A stretch of DNA of 64,000 bases from Balanoglossus misakiensis. Taxonomy: Eukaryota > Animalia > Hemichordata. Positions 10,132-21,785 of the stretch are shown one piece after another (position 1 is the stretch's first letter; the number at the start of each line of letters is the position of its first letter). Under the pieces are notes generated by a model that saw only the letters and a list, made by a program, of their open reading frames with translations, was not told the origin of the DNA and ran no database searches. The DNA is taken from the NCBI GenBank assembly GCA_040954595.2, contig CM082576.2:20507028-20571027 (forward strand), in the 5' to 3' direction. The position numbers and the translations under genes are program-made.

Positions 10132-10705
10132 TTAAGTTTCTGACGTACCGTAAATGACAATCTTTTGGGCACTTTCTCTTCATGGCAATTGAATTGTGTG
10201 GTAACTTCTCATTTCTAAAATTTCCCCAAGAGAAAAGAAAGGAAAAGGAAACAGAAATTTCATTTGTATGTCCGTGCAATTTAGGATAGGCACGAACTTG
10301 TGAGGAAGTGTACGAAGTTGGATGTTTTCATCACTCAAATATACAAGAGTTGCCTCTTGAAGACTAGTGTCTGTAGAGATAATTGTGCATGTGAGGTAAT
10401 CTCTCCTAAGGTGGTGCACACCTCTTAGTATTAAGTAAAAGAGACGTCCTTAATTATCCTTACTATTTGGCTTGAAAAATCAATCTTACTAGGTGTTCTG
10501 ATTAGAGAGGTGTCCATAAAGTCAAGTTTTACTGTATTACCCAAAATAGAGACATTGTCCCTTCATCATATACTTAATGCGTGTTCTGGGTATGGTTCCA
10601 GTATAATGCTTGTGTCAAAGGATTTTGTTGTGGTGCAGGAATCATCTTTGGTTGAGGTGTAGCCATCTGCATTTCATGTGTTTTAAACTATTTTTTTTCT
10701 GATTG

Positions 10706-10828
10706 TCATTAACCCATGTGATCAGAATCCGTGTCAAAATGGAGGCTATTGTTCCAAAACACCAAATTCTTATACTGACTACACCTGTTACTGCCAGTAG
10801 TGTTGGACTGGGGCCATCTGTGCCGTAG
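10706..10828 (+). pseudogene. EGF exon E7, acceptor AG>TG, in-frame TAG at 10798-10800
   Basis: gattg|INPCDQNPCQNGGYCSKTPNSYTDYTCYCQ*CWTGAICAV|gtgtgt. Confidence 0.85.
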
Positions 10829-11222
10829 GTGTGTCGAATTACTGTTTTATGACACAGCGTGGTATATAAACCCTCATTTTTGGTATTCTCAATGTGATAG
10901 ATGGACCCATACACCAATAAATGGGGTGGAAGCATTACTAAGTTTCATCCTTTCAAAATTTGCTGATGTAGGGTCAAAATTGAGTGTGAGGTGCATGTTA
11001 AAAAGGAAAGCCTTCTGTATCATGTTGATGGCACATTTTTTTAATTTTTCAAGATTCTTACAGAAAAATCCTAGCAATAGCATCATTATGTTATTTTAAA
11101 TGTAAAGGTTTGAAACAAGGAATGAAGACATTGCTCACATATTTAAACGAAATGAACATCACAAGTACATGTACAAGTTTTTGACAAGCAGGTAATTGAT
11201 ACTTTCATTTTTGTTTTGGCAG

Positions 11223-11342
11223 CCATTGATCAGTTATACCCTATGCCTTGTCAAAATGGTGGCACATGCGTTGCGTGAGACGGCTGTTTCCTGTTTGACT
11301 GTATGTGTACCGAATGCTTCACTGGTGCCACATGTACAATGC
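11223..11342 (+). pseudogene. EGF exon E8, in-frame TGA, first Cys lost
   Basis: tggcag|IDQLYPMPCQNGGTCVA*DGCFLFDCMCTECFTGATCTM|gtaagt; 120 bp. Confidence 0.87.
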
Positions 11343-11398
11343 GTAAGTACTAACCAATATTATTTTATTCAATGCAAAACACTTGTTATATATTATAT

Positions 11399-11712
11399 AT
11401 TATATTATACCAGTATATTGATGGTGTAAATCACGCTATTTGATTGGTCGAGACACGACACGTGACCGTGATATATTAGCCATATACCACAGTCATATAT
11501 CATAGTCAAAGAAAATGCCTTTTTAAAATGTTTTATGCAAAGTTTCAATATACTGGCATAATATAATAGCAATAAAACACCCCCAGCCATGGTATACCAC
11601 TCGATTTTGACCAGTTCAACTCCATATACACACTCGCTATCGCTCGTGCGTATATGTCGTGAACTGGTCAAAATCTCGTGGTATACCATGGCTGGGGGTG
11701 TTTTATTGCTTA
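11399..11712 (-). mobile_element. Second Crypton-like 314-bp element, private to unit 1, no TSD
   Basis: Reverse complement of 8956-9269; empty site ttatat|aatataag at 26616/7, 41520/1 and 56411/2; inter-unit offset drops by exactly 314 across it. Confidence 0.93.
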
Positions 11713-11951
11713 AATATAAGTACGGTACATATATTAAAGCCCTGGTAACTCAAACTTTGGGCTAGCTTAATGTTATCACTATTTTTGTTTTCGGTTGCAA
11801 CTGTGGTTTCTTGTCACACTCTAAAGGATTTCACAGCATTTGGTTTTTCAAAACAGCCCTTTGGTTGTTGTCATGTATACATGTACATGACTGTGGAGTG
11901 TAGTTTGTAGATTCTGTAATTTTGACAATATCTTGACTGCACATCCCACAG

Positions 11952-12074
11952 CTGTCAATCAGTGTCAACCCATCCAGTGTCGGAATGGTGGAAACTGTGT
12001 GCTGACGCCCAATTGGTGTACTGAATTCACATGCTCCTGTACAAGCTGTTACTCCGGCGATTTATGTCAGACAT
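11952..12074 (+). pseudogene. EGF exon E9, open, all 8 Cys
   Basis: ccacag|VNQCQPIQCRNGGNCVLTPNWCTEFTCSCTSCYSGDLCQT|gtgagt; 123 bp. Confidence 0.9.
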
Positions 12075-12458
12075 GTGAGTGATTTTAAATTTCAGATGAA
12101 GAGGAACATAATAACATAACACATAATCGGCTTGCAGTTGGTTTCTTCCAACCTGTATCAAACAGTGAATAACGACACAATTTTGGGGAAATTTATTAAG
12201 AATGTGTGTGCCATAAAAGGGGATTGTGTATTTGACCAAATAACAACCTGCACCGTATGGTACACTAAGACACTATTACACCTGTGTCAAAATTTCATTA
12301 CGTTTCTTTTGTTGAACATGGAAGAAATTTGTCACAGTGATGTTCTGTTGACCAACTGAGATTTTTACCACTCAACCCTGACTGCACAAATCTGTTTAAA
12401 GTATATGTAGTAAATATTAACTGTACACAATTTATATCACTTTCTCTTCTGTGCACAG

Positions 12459-12575
12459 ATTTGAATCCGTGTCAGCCCAACCCTTGTCTAAACAGTGGAT
12501 TCTGCCAGCAAGTGTCCTGCACCGAGTTCAGATGCCAGAGTCCACGCTGTTTCATCGGAACCACGTGCGCTGAAC
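12459..12575 (+). pseudogene. EGF exon E10, open, one Cys>Ser
   Basis: gcacag|LNPCQPNPCLNSGFCQQVSCTEFRCQSPRCFIGTTCAE|gtaagc; 117 bp. Confidence 0.9.
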
Positions 12576-13022
12576 GTAAGCAAACCAGTGTCAGATTTCC
12601 CGCACAAAGTAGAAATCGCTGGGCTTTGTCATTGATATTGTCTCAATAAAGTTGCCTGTGATTGTGCAGCTAACCAAGAGACTTATATGCACTACGGTAG
12701 CCATGATGAATACTTTCATTGACTCAAATGCTCATCAGTGTAGATGTTGCTATTTTTCCAACCGTAAATTGAAACATCAGAAAGTTATGACATCAACTAC
12801 CCCCACCCCCACCCCACCCACCCCCAACTAGTAAATATTATAAGATTCAGTAATTATGATAAAGATGGTAGCACCAAGCTTGGATCAAGTGGTCTTCATT
12901 ATCCTTCACACATGAACATGATCACACGGATGTGCAATCTTCTGACAGTCTGCTACAGATTTCACTTCCCACTCAAGTGTGTAAGACCCTAATGTGATAC
13001 TTTTCATTTCTCTCACCCTTAG

Positions 13023-13145
13023 CGATCAACCAGTGTCTTCTAAACCCATGTCTGAATAACGGAGTGTATCAGCCACTTCAAGGCTCCTGCTCAATCTACA
13101 CCTGCAACTGTCCAACCTGCTACACTGGGCAAACATGTGTTACAT
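13023..13145 (+). pseudogene. EGF exon E11, open, one Cys>Tyr
   Basis: ccttag|INQCLLNPCLNNGVYQPLQGSCSIYTCNCPTCYTGQTCVT|gtaagt; 123 bp. Confidence 0.9.
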
Positions 13146-13157
13146 GTAAGTCACAAG

Positions 13158-14200
13158 TTTTTAGGTCCCATTGGTATGTACCATGGGAACTTATGGGATT
13201 GGTTACGTCTGTATGTATGGATGGATGGATGGATGTATGTCTGTATGTCCGTCCACATAAAAAAACTTGAAAACCGCAGCGCGTTTGACCTCGATATTTG
13301 GCGTGTAGATGCAGGCAGGGCTGTAGATGGGAGTTTGTTCAAATGAAGATGTCATTGCCAAAAATATGCAAATTAGCTGGGAAAATGTGAAATTGGTCAA
13401 AACTCAAAAACTGGACAACCACTGGTCATATTGATTTGAAAAATGGTATGCATGTACCTTATATCAACCTCATACAACCCTGTATGTTTTGAGCTAATAT
13501 TATCGATTTCCTATTTTTTTGCATTTTTTTGTATTTTTCCATGTTATTGGTAAAAGTCTTTGAAATTTAGTATGAAGCCTCCTAATGTTGTCTAAGTAAC
13601 CATAGTTTTGTTCAAATTGTTGCAAAATTTGCATATCTATAATTTTGAGCATTATTTGCCATTTTTGGTCAAAAAATGTTTTTCTTTAAAACCTCATGCC
13701 AGATTGCTTTGCAATTTGGTAGGCATGTTCGTAGGGGTAACCTAAATAATATGTTGTAAAAAATGTGATATTTGCATAAATGTGTTATCGGGGAAACTTT
13801 TGCAATTTTTGTCAAAAATTGTTTTCACTGAAACCGCTTGTCCTATTGCATTGAACTTAGGCAGCATGTTCCTTGTAGTGATTGAAGTAAGATATTGTAC
13901 AATTTTGGTGATATTTGCATATTTGTGTTTTTGCCACTTTTGAACAAATATTTTCTGTGAAACTGCTTGTTGGATTGCTTTGAAATTAGTTTTTTCTCTG
14001 ATTGCTTTGAAATTTAGGATATAATTTCATAACACATACCTGTATATGTGCAACTTTTATTCAATTCTGAGATCAGAAAGATTAAATATTTAGCAAGTTT
14101 TTTTGGTAAGTTTCTTTGTTTTTGGTTAGCAAATCTTCTCCTAAACAAATTGTCCAGTTGTTTTTAAAGTTACTATTTACAAGGAGTTGTTACCTCGAAC
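13158..14200 (+). mobile_element. Helentron/HINE (DINE-1-like) non-autonomous element with internal degenerate tandem array; right end uncertain (copies start 28062, 42961, 57857)
   Basis: Starts in a T-run; cccattggta..taccatggg hairpin; (gtat/ggat)n-gtccgtcc microsatellite; then degenerate ~120-150-bp repeats with an attgctttgaaattt core. Confidence 0.65.
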
Positions 14201-15084
14201 AAAGACATGTTTACATAACTTAAATAGGCCAGCTGTTACAGAGACCACCAGCTATCACATTTTAATTACCAGTGGCAGGTCAGTGTGTGTCTGTTCCAGG
14301 GCTGACTGAAAGAAGTTGCTTCGCATATGTGTTTGTGTACAGACAATTTTTGGTCAATTTTTTTTTCTAGCACCACTTGTAAGACTGCCATGACACATGA
14401 CAGTTTATTGGGCATGTTCCTTGTTAATGTTTTTACATTGCATATTTCTATATGGTCAGATCATAAGTGCTTGCAAATGTCACCTGTAATTTTTATTCTG
14501 CTGTGTCACTGTTTCCGCATAATCCTCAAATGTCATCAGATCTCCGAATGTGATGAAAACAGTGTGTTTTGAGTGGGTTTTTTTAATGACCTTTTGGGTT
14601 AAAAGTGGCAAAAATGGCAATTTTGTCTTCAAAGGGGTCAATAAGACTGACTTTTTTGGAATCAGCACCATTTTTTACATTGAATGGACTAGTCTGCTCA
14701 AACTTTCCTTACCAAAAATTCTGTTTAATCTTCTGTAACATGTATACTAGTGTACATGTAGCTGCCTGATAGTTTGCCCTGTGTGTGTAATTGCTGAGTG
14801 ACATAACGCATTCTGTGATTGATGCAGTCACGTAACCACCAATCGAACGATTGTTATAAGGAGAACTGCACGACCTTTAACCGCATTAGCATACCTGATT
14901 TTTAGGGCTCGATATTACCTCTGAGGACGCAATATTTAAGTTGAAGTTTTTTTATTTTATCATATTAGAGCAAGAAGACTTGTCTTTTATGTAAAAGAAA
15001 TAGACCCTAATATACAGAGTGCATTTTGAAACGATAGGCAGTTCCGGCCCATAGCCTAATTCTTCATTTTTCTGTCATGCGTAG

Positions 15085-15200
15085 GAATTGATTAGTGCTA
15101 ACAACCCATGTCAAAATGGCAGCACTTGCCAACCCTAACCTCGTGTGTGGCATTGACGTGCACCTGCCAAGGATGCTTTACTGGGAGCGCTGTGAAAATT
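15085..15200 (+). pseudogene. EGF exon E12, stop and multiple frameshifts
   Basis: gcgtag|ID*C..NNPCQNGSTCQP..TSCVALTCTCQGCFTG..ERCEN|gtcagt. Confidence 0.8.
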
Positions 15201-15711
15201 GTCAGTCAGTTTCTTTTGTCAAATTAATCAATATGTGTGGGACTGCTATACATGTATATAAAACAGAATACTGCGATGGAAAATTCTATAACTTAATGTT
15301 TCAGTGGATATATGACTTAAAGTTAGCAGTATGCAGTGAATTCAACAGAAAGTGTAATTTCCTCTTGTGTGAGCTCTGTGCGACTGTGCCAATGAAAATC
15401 TCACCACAAACAAAAATGACAGGTATACACTGTATATTAGCAGCTTTGTCTCTGTAATAGCCATAGTGTTTTGAAGTTGAAAACTTGCAAAGTGTGCAGT
15501 TTTATTCACACTACAAAGGAAACATTGTTGAAACGGATTATCTGTGTACATTGTCAAACTGTACACTTGTCGCGAGATTTATTCTCAATTATATTACTAG
15601 TATATCATGCTACCGTCCGCAACTCTGATTGGACGAGAGCTAAATCCAGCGATGCTAAAATACTCAATAATGCACTGCTGACAGTGGTAAAACGGGCTTT
15701 CTGTTTGCCAC

Positions 15712-16024
15712 ATGGGTTTGTTCTTTAGGTTGTTGTATGTGTTTACACCCATCATGTTTATTGTAGAACCAGGGTCGATCAGTGAGGCAACTGCTGTTTG
15801 TTCTATCTGCACTGTTACTCGAGGCCTCCTGCCATTTGATTGTTGTACAGTGAAGCAGTATTCATCTCCCGAGCTGTCTTCCACTTTATGCACAGCTTTG
15901 ACAGTTTTATCCTTGTCTACCCTATTTGCCTTGCCTTTTGAATGGTAGCATTTGGCTAAATGGTTAGGTTTGCCACACTTCCTGCATGACTTGCCTTTAG
16001 CTGGACATACTGAGTCATGTGGTA
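15712..16024 (-). mobile_element. Gypsy gag/protease fragment, unit 2 copy
   Basis: Same translation as 495-807. Confidence 0.85.
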
Positions 16025-17970
16025 CCATTATTAAAATAGGGGCCAGTCATCAAAACGTAAGTGAGCCAAAAAACTACAGGTCAGATAAATTGTTTTCTCG
16101 TAAATTCAACATTAGAATCAAATTTGGCGTTGGAAACAAACGGCGGGTCGCCAGTTCCTGGTCTGGAGGCTGGTAGAGTCACGTCTTGAAGACTGGCCCC
16201 TATTTTAATAATGGCATTGTCATGACCGGCCAACCTTTGACCTCGGAGACCACAATGTAGAGCTATCGATCAGCTTTTCGCGTTTCAATCAAACATTGCA
16301 ATCACGGGCTAAAATCACTAACTAGTTGATACCTTTTTCGGTGTTTCATCTAACCTTTGAAAGGAGTATAATAAAAATGAAATGACCGCACGTAATGTGC
16401 ATTTCTTGTTCACGTGTGGGGACTATATGTGTGCGTAATGATCCAAATGCAAGGGGTCGTGTGAACAGGCCTTAAATAATGAGTTTGCGTTAAATAATGA
16501 GTTTGCGTTAAATAATAAGTTGACAAACGGCGCGAGTGCATTTTTTCATGGTTTAGAAATCACTTATTTATATATAATTCATTATATAATGTAAATCACT
16601 CATGATATATATATAATAGACTTGCACTTAAATTATTTATAAATCACTCATGATATATATATAATACACTTAAATTTTTTTTATTTATAAATAATTAATT
16701 ATATATAAATAATTATGTACATCACTCATGATATATATATAATAGACTGACACTGACATTGTTTATAAATAATTTATTATATATAAATAAAAGAGCATAA
16801 AATACATTTTATGTATATAATTGAATCGACTTGAAATTATTTATAAATAAATTGTCAGGACTTAAATGGTTTGCAAATCTATAATTACATACATATAAGT
16901 ATGTTAAATAACGACTTTTGAACAAATAATTTAGCTAAATAATAAGTTAACACATGGCACCCCATACAAACATTACGTCCAGTCCAAATATTCTGCCAAT
17001 TTTACATCCAATGCATTCAAATAGTGGACTGCTTCGCTTTCATCAAGTTTTCATGTGCATCGTATAAGTAGACTTTTGTTTTGTCCCGTCTTTTCACCGA
17101 ATTTGCTCTTTTCCAAATCTCCGACACAGACTATGATCGTCACATTCTTGTCTGTTGTTAGAACAGCACACTGCCATATGGCATTGACTGTATACAGTTT
17201 CTGTTACCAATATCTCTGGTTTGGCATTTTCCTGTCCTCAATCTTTTGCCAGGGATTTTTGTGTCCCCAACCCGCGTGAGAATCCCACGTCTTTGAAGGT
17301 ATGACTGTGACTATAAGATTCTATAAATCTCTGTTTATTTTCAGCACAAACATCATGTGCTGATTGCCCAGCTGGTAACCAATGTCCAAATGGTAACACT
17401 GTGATTTTATGCTCGGCTGGTTATTACAGTTCGGCCTTGGACAAAGGATGTCTCGCTGTACCTCTTGCATAACAGGTAAACTTCTACCCACCAACCTTTA
17501 TTTCCAACATCAAACATTAGGTCAGGTAATTTACTAACTGAAAAATAGGATGGGAACATTTTCCATTTCTGTATTTAAAATTTACTGATATAATATATGA
17601 ATGAAAAAATGACAATTTTTCCAAATTTGAATAGACCTCTATTTATGAAAATAATTAAAATTTGCGCCAATTTTTTACAGTGGTATTCAAAGGTTAACTT
17701 GGTGTGTATATTCTTTGTTTGATTTACAGATCAGCCGGTGCTGAACAGTGTACTATTTGTGAGCAAGGGTACGCCTGCACAGATCCCAGTGCATCGCAAT
17801 TCAAGTGTACCAAGGGTTACGTGTCATTGGCTGGTGCAACAAACTGTACCAGATGTACAAATGGTAAGATTGTGGTACTTGTTCAGTTTGCTGTGTGATG
17901 AAACTGAGTGGTATGTGTGTATGCATGTATGTGTTTACAACAGATTTTCAAGTCAGTGCGACTGGGGTTA

Positions 17971-18002
<32 letters not shown>

Positions 18003-21000
18003 TACAACAGATTATCAACTCAGTGCGAAATCTTGCGAGACCCGGTTAGCCATGTGAGATCTCGCAGAGTCTTATGATATTCAGAAAATGGTTGATTAGA
18101 AATGACGTTTAATGTCCTCCAAAGAATTTTCTACATGCCCGTATACTTGTCTCAGAATTATGAAGTGAATCATCTCAAGTAATTTGTTATTTTAAATGAC
18201 ACTGTATCACAAATACTTCACTAAAAACCTCATTTTCTTTAATCAGATGAAATAAGTGAGGAGCCTGCACGCACATCCCGTCTTCTGTGCCCTGCTGGAC
18301 AATCGTGTTCAGATCCAATGTAAGATCCGCTTGACTGTGGCAATGGTGAATATGCTATGGAAGGCGACGGCACATGCACGCCTTGTCCAGCAGGATCCAA
18401 GTGTCCAACCATGTCACCCGTAGTTGATTGTTCAACAGTTACTGGTAAGTTGGGCTGCAAATTACTCTTATGACTTCCCTGTGTTATAGCATGACATACA
18501 CAGAAAATTAAACTGTTATGCTCATTGGAGTTGATATTGTGATGCACTTTGAAAAACACAATGATTCCACTGAAGAGGTATTGTACAGTAACACCTGTGA
18601 TTACGGACATCTCTCTAATAAGGGATCGTTGGACCAAACCAATCGTTCTTTGAATTTTTTCTGTGATAGGTTCATACTCGCTAGGTTCGGCCAAGTCCTT
18701 CTGGTTATGAATGCACAACTACAAATGTCACACAGTGCGCTACAGGGAAGTAAAGTGTTGAAGGAGGTAAGTCTTGAAATCTCTTTTCTTCTGGTCTCGA
18801 TTTGAACATGGTTCCACAAGTTGTTTACATCACTTGTAGTTTTACATATTTTTTTAGTTCAACAGCTATGCTATACATGGTGTCCTGAGAAGTCGACCAG
18901 TATGAGAAGTCGGTATCGGCCAGTACGAGAAGTCGGCCTGTGGGAGAGAACCCTGGTACTTTGTGTTATATATAACTGTTTCACTACGAAATGTTTCCTT
19001 GATGTACAGGAGCTGAGATATTTGTACAAATAGCCGATGAATTTTAAAACTGTCTGTTCACTTTTCATGTACGTCACCGGGGTACGTCAACATCAGTCAC
19101 CTGCACTTCTTGAGCTGCGCCAGTAGTCTGTTCCTTGTCACGTTTGTTTGTTTGTTTGTTTGGTGTTGTCTCAGAAAGTATGAATATACACATACATCTT
19201 CTATGTATTTTAGTAGGCTTTGAAACAACTCCCTTTAATCAGAAATGTCACAGGAATTTGGCGAACAACCTAAGCTCCTTACGCGGATACGGGGATGGGG
19301 AACTGGTACGGATGCCAGACGCCATTATTTGAAATGACGCCATTGTGTTGTCAAGAATTTGGGAAATCCGTCCAAATGAAAATATTTAGTGCAATTATAT
19401 TTTATTAAGTGTTGTTATAAGTAATCTGGGTCATCACTGCACTATTCGGGTACAAGTTCAACAACTGGCCGACTTCTCATACGCGCGTAGTGGCTGACTT
19501 CTAATCTGGCCGACTTCTCATGTATTCCTATACATTAGTGAAAATTGGGGAAACTGGTGTTTTCAGACAACTTATGAAGTCCCTTTCGCAATATTAACTC
19601 TAAAACAGCGGGTGATATTCCTTTTAAAATTTAACCAAATAAGCATACTTGAACTCTGTCATATCGGCAAAACACTCACTACACAAGCTGCTGTTATTCT
19701 ACAGACATGACATGTGCTGATTGCGGCGTAGGTAACTACTGTCCAGATGGGTCAGACAGCCCCATTCCTTGTCCATCAAGTTATTATGCTGACACAGCCA
19801 CAGAAGTATCCTGTACCCCTTGCGATCCAGGCTGTCAGTGTGCAGCAACATCACCCACTTGCCTGCACATCAAGAACCTACTCTCTGGGACCATCAACAA
19901 CATGTACTCCCCTTCTACCAGGTTTGTAGTCGTCTTAGTCGTAAAAACATATTTAAGGTGTTGGGCACCTCGAAATAAAGGGTCGTCTGATCATGTTAAA
20001 ATTAATACTGATGATACTATGACTTCTAAACATTTAATCTATGGAATAAAAATTGGGGGTCAACCATCTAGAGTTTTGAAAAAGCGCCCTTTATCTAGCA
20101 CCTCTTTCAGATTTTGCCAGGCTCGTAGATTTTTGTAAAATGGCCTCAAAAATAAGAATTTTGGAAGGTTTGTCATATTTTTTCACCATTGTAGAATCTA
20201 AATGTTCTGAATTATTTTATTTTTAGCAATTTTGAGATTGCTTCATGTTCAGTATGATAATCGCATGTCAATACAACTGTTACATTAAAGGAAAAGTTCA
20301 AATCCGCCTAAAACCACATTGCATTGGTACCTAGTTAAGTTGTCCTCACTTCTGACGCAAAATTTTGATGTGCAATGCACGTGTCTGTGAAATTGACGAA
20401 TAAAAAAATTGTATACCAGTGCAAAATTAAAAACTCCCTGTGCAGCCTTCTTGGCAACTGCATGCTGGGAAAAGTACTCGGATGATGACGAAAAAGTTTC
20501 GGGGTTCCGGGTAGTGCTACCCCGGAATACAATGTTGGGTGCAGACTCCAACTATGGAAAAGAGATGCAGAATGTCATGTGATATAGTAGTGAAAACAAA
20601 TACACGTTGGTTCACGTATTTCAGCTCTCAGCAATCAGGGTGCATTAAAAGGCCTTGATTGGTGTGATATTCACAATTGATGATTATAAATACTTACAGT
20701 TGTATACTGTTTTATTTTGTAAATATTGTGTACATTTGCAGCAATGAATCCGTGCGAACACAAACCTTAACCCATGCCGGAATGCTGGTACTTGCCAAGC
20801 AATCCAGGGATCTTGTACAGGCGTCACATGTCTATGTGCTGGCTGCTACCTGGGCTTCACATGTGAAACACGTGAGTACAGTACTTTGTCATTTATTAAA
20901 AAATCTAAGTGCTGAGGTACATTGTAGTAATAATAGCAGGTGTAGTCATTATCATCATCATCATCATCTTTAAGTCAGTCATATGATCGGTAATAAAAAC

Positions 21001-21320
21001 AGTAAAATCACCAGTATAAAAACATAACAGAGAAATAATGAACGTGTACTGGTGTTACCATAGGTAACTGTTGTATAAAATTTTGAATTCCTGTCTTCCA
21101 GTTCCTAATCCATGCTTCACTAGTCCTTGTCTCAATGGAGGTACCTGCCAACAACAGGCAAATTCTTGTACTGCCACCATTGGCATGTGCACAGAGTGTT
21201 ACTAGGGAAACAGGTGTGAGACAAGTAAGTTTGAATCTATAGCAGTTAATAATGATAATTATCATTTTTTTTTATTATGATTTAAACTTCACTGATGTTG
21301 TACAAACACAAAAATAGAAA

Positions 21321-21785
21321 TAATAATAATAATAATAATAATTTATTTGTATAGCGTCAGTATCCACAAAAAATGTGATCAATGACGCTTAAAGCAAAAG
21401 TACAATACAACACAACAAATGGCTAAAAAACAGATTTAAAAAGTAAAGTTTTAACATTTGATTTAAAAACAGATAAGTCTGGTGCCTGGCGAATGGTGAG
21501 TGGAAGATTATTCCAAAGAATTGGAGCAGCAACAGTAAAAGCACGATCACCATAACTCTTGGTGCGTGATCGAACAGGGCAGAGTTTGAACTGATCAGCT
21601 GACCTCAAATTGCGACACGGAACATATAGATTAGTCATGCTAGAAAGATAGATTGGACCAAGTTTATGAATGGATTTAAAAATGAGAACTAACATCTTAA
21701 AAACAATACGCTCTGTAACAGGTAGCCAGTGCAACTGATACAAAATTGGAGTGATGTGACAGGTGATTTTTGAATGAGTAACAAT
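21321..21785 (-). mobile_element. L2-type LINE 3' fragment, unit 2 copy
   Basis: Identical ORF 21423-21743. Confidence 0.9.

Larger units (their letters stand above)
2128..15200 (+). pseudogene. Unprocessed pseudogene fragment: 5 GCC2/GCC3-like (ephrin-receptor-like Cys-rich) exons + 12 EGF-like exons (fibropellin/Notch-like extracellular repeat protein), copy 1
   Basis: 17 AG/GT-bounded exons with Cys-rich translations; several in-frame stops, frameshifts and splice lesions; no start/signal-peptide exon or terminal exon seen. Confidence 0.88.
1..15217 (+). repeat. Tandem macro-repeat unit 1 (phase set arbitrarily by window start; includes private 314-bp insertion)
   Basis: Sequence at 1 (gtcaaattaatcaatatg) recurs at 15218, 30123, 45021 and 59918; ORF track repeats with the same offsets. 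Confidence 0.98.

Noticed and set aside
10400-10536. Tc1/pogo-like MITE end (...gttttactg|ta)
   Set aside because: A single terminus only; no matching ta|cagtaaaac left end found
1-15217. Unit as one giant transposon (Polinton, Helitron, Teratorn) or viral concatemer
   Set aside because: No polymerase, integrase, Rep/helicase or capsid ORF and no unit-bounding termini; content is host exons and small TE relics
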